DNA from: Lama guanicoe
Lineage: Eukaryota
DNA: 64,000 nt
Reading direction: 5' to 3'
NCBI GenBank assembly: GCA_013239625.1
Contig: MU053934.1
Location: 1,209,285-1,273,284, forward strand
How positions within the stretch are numbered: the first letter of the stretch is position 1; each line of letters begins with the position of its first letter. Under the pieces are notes generated by a model that searched no databases, was not told where the DNA came from, and saw only the letters and a list, made by a program, of their open reading frames with translations. The translations under genes were made by a program, and so were the position numbers. This document shows positions 62,640 to 64,000 of the stretch, piece by piece.

Positions 62640-63169
62640 CATATATAGCATTTAGTTAATGTGAGCTATTATTATATGAAGAGGTTACAGCTGCAGGAAG
62701 CAAGGTGCTTCCATTTTTGTTCTATTCATTTGTCTCAGTCTAACCCTCTTTAGGCCAGTCCCTGACTTCAGCACCAGTCACTGTGGCATAATCTCAAGGC
62801 ACTCCGATGAGTGGTCTCTGTCACTGGCCTCATTCTCCTAATGAGAGACTGAACCCTGGAGGAGACCTACGGATCTGTACAGGGTCACGGGGTGGTCATC
62901 ATCATCATCAAGACTCAGCACCTTCATCTCTAGGCTCTTACCCAGCCAGTGAGCCATGCTGGTCATTGAACTAAAATGAGGCATTTGGCAGAGAAGATGG
63001 GGAGAGAGATCCTTCGGAAACTTGAGAAAGATGGGTGAGGTCCATAAAGGAAAAAAAAATCACCCTTTCACCAAACAAAAGAAGTCTTGCTTCCCAACCC
63101 TGACTTGAAGACACTTTTCACTCTATACAGAAGCGCTCCAGTCTGGCTGGGAGATTTTTTATTGCATTA

Positions 63170-63390
63170 GCAATAAAAATTTCCCAAAAGTAGCTGTGCA
63201 TCTTTTGGACCAGACAAGTCCTGTGCAAACTCAGACAAGTCACTCTGCCTCTTTGGATCTTAGTTTCTTTGCTTGAAAAGTAAAATGATGCCTGCCCTGT
63301 CTGCTTATCGGCTATAGTGAGAACCAAGTAAAACGATGGACAAAAGAGAGCTATTCAAATTGCAAAATAGAGTCTTTATATAACTATTTT
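63170..63390 (+). mobile_element. MIR fragment
   Basis: 'gacaagtcactctgcctctttggatcttagtttctttgcttgaaaagtaaaatgatg'. Confidence 0.55.
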
Positions 63391-64000
63391 AAAAATGGGG
63401 AAAGAAAGTCTTCCCCAATGAGGCTGTGGCCTGGTCCTTTACAAAGATGTTGAAGTGTGTTGTCCTGTTGACATTTCTGCATGGATCCTAGGGAATAAAA
63501 ACATGTCATCCATATGTACACACTCAAGGGCTCATTAATTTGTGTTTGTGGATAGAAATATATGCATGTGAATACATGTAAAAAGGCATCATTTATGGTA
63601 CTCTAACGGTCCCTGGATTTTGGAACTTAGGAGAAACCAAAAGCGGGAATCTGCAGGAACTCAGTGGTCCAGTGGAGTAATTGTGAACTGAGGCTTTGAA
63701 ACCAAACAGAACTGGGTTCAAATCATTTGTTCAAAGTCTCTGATGCTCAGATACACTAGCAGGGCAAAAAGGGAAGAAGATCCTATCTCAGGAACTATTC
63801 TGCAATACACTTGTATGTAAATATTCATACAAATGTTAAAAATATAAATGCCTATGAACTTCCTCGGTTGACTGGGAAAGAGAAGGAGATCGCTATTGTT
63901 ACACTCTGAACACTGTGCCAAGCCCTTGGTATGCACTACATCCTTGGAATCCTTATAGGGTTCCTGAGATGTAGTGCCAATCTCCTTCAGAGCTTGCAGA

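Noticed and set aside
1..64000. CRISPR array, operon, defence system, rRNA or miRNA cluster
   Set aside because: The sequence is repeat-rich mammalian DNA. I saw no regularly spaced direct repeats, gene-dense ORFs, rRNA motifs or recognisable pre-miRNA hairpins; a covariance-model search (Infernal/Rfam) would be needed to exclude small RNAs.

Overview
Mammalian non-coding DNA, most likely camelid (camel, alpaca or llama), and intronic or intergenic. The lineage call rests on three tRNA-Ala-derived SINEs of the camelid vic-1 type, many short cetartiodactyl-type L1 3' ends, and no recognisable Alu, BovB/Bov-tA, PRE-1 or Can-SINE. I found no supportable protein-coding gene, functional RNA gene or CRISPR-like array. 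The supplied ORFs are best explained as chance frames or decayed L1 ORF1/ORF2. By eye, roughly half the window is old eutherian repeats (MIR, L2, L3/CR1, L1M, MLT1/MLT2/LTR33, MER3/5/20B/58A, Arthur-like). Repeat family names come from remembered consensus sequences, and their boundaries are approximate unless a target-site duplication (TSD) is given. I do not see a new biological system. The best leads are unusual retrotransposition products: an L1 with a ~44-bp TSD, a 5'-inverted L1 with a kb-scale gap, an L1 inverted duplication, a tail-less internal RT fragment with a TSD, and a triple-nested insertion. Repeat-free islands also carry candidate regulatory or splicing signals: a strong CTCF motif, a 36-nt exon/promoter candidate, a 9-nt microexon or recursive site, and Sox-Oct and nuclear-receptor DR0 motifs.
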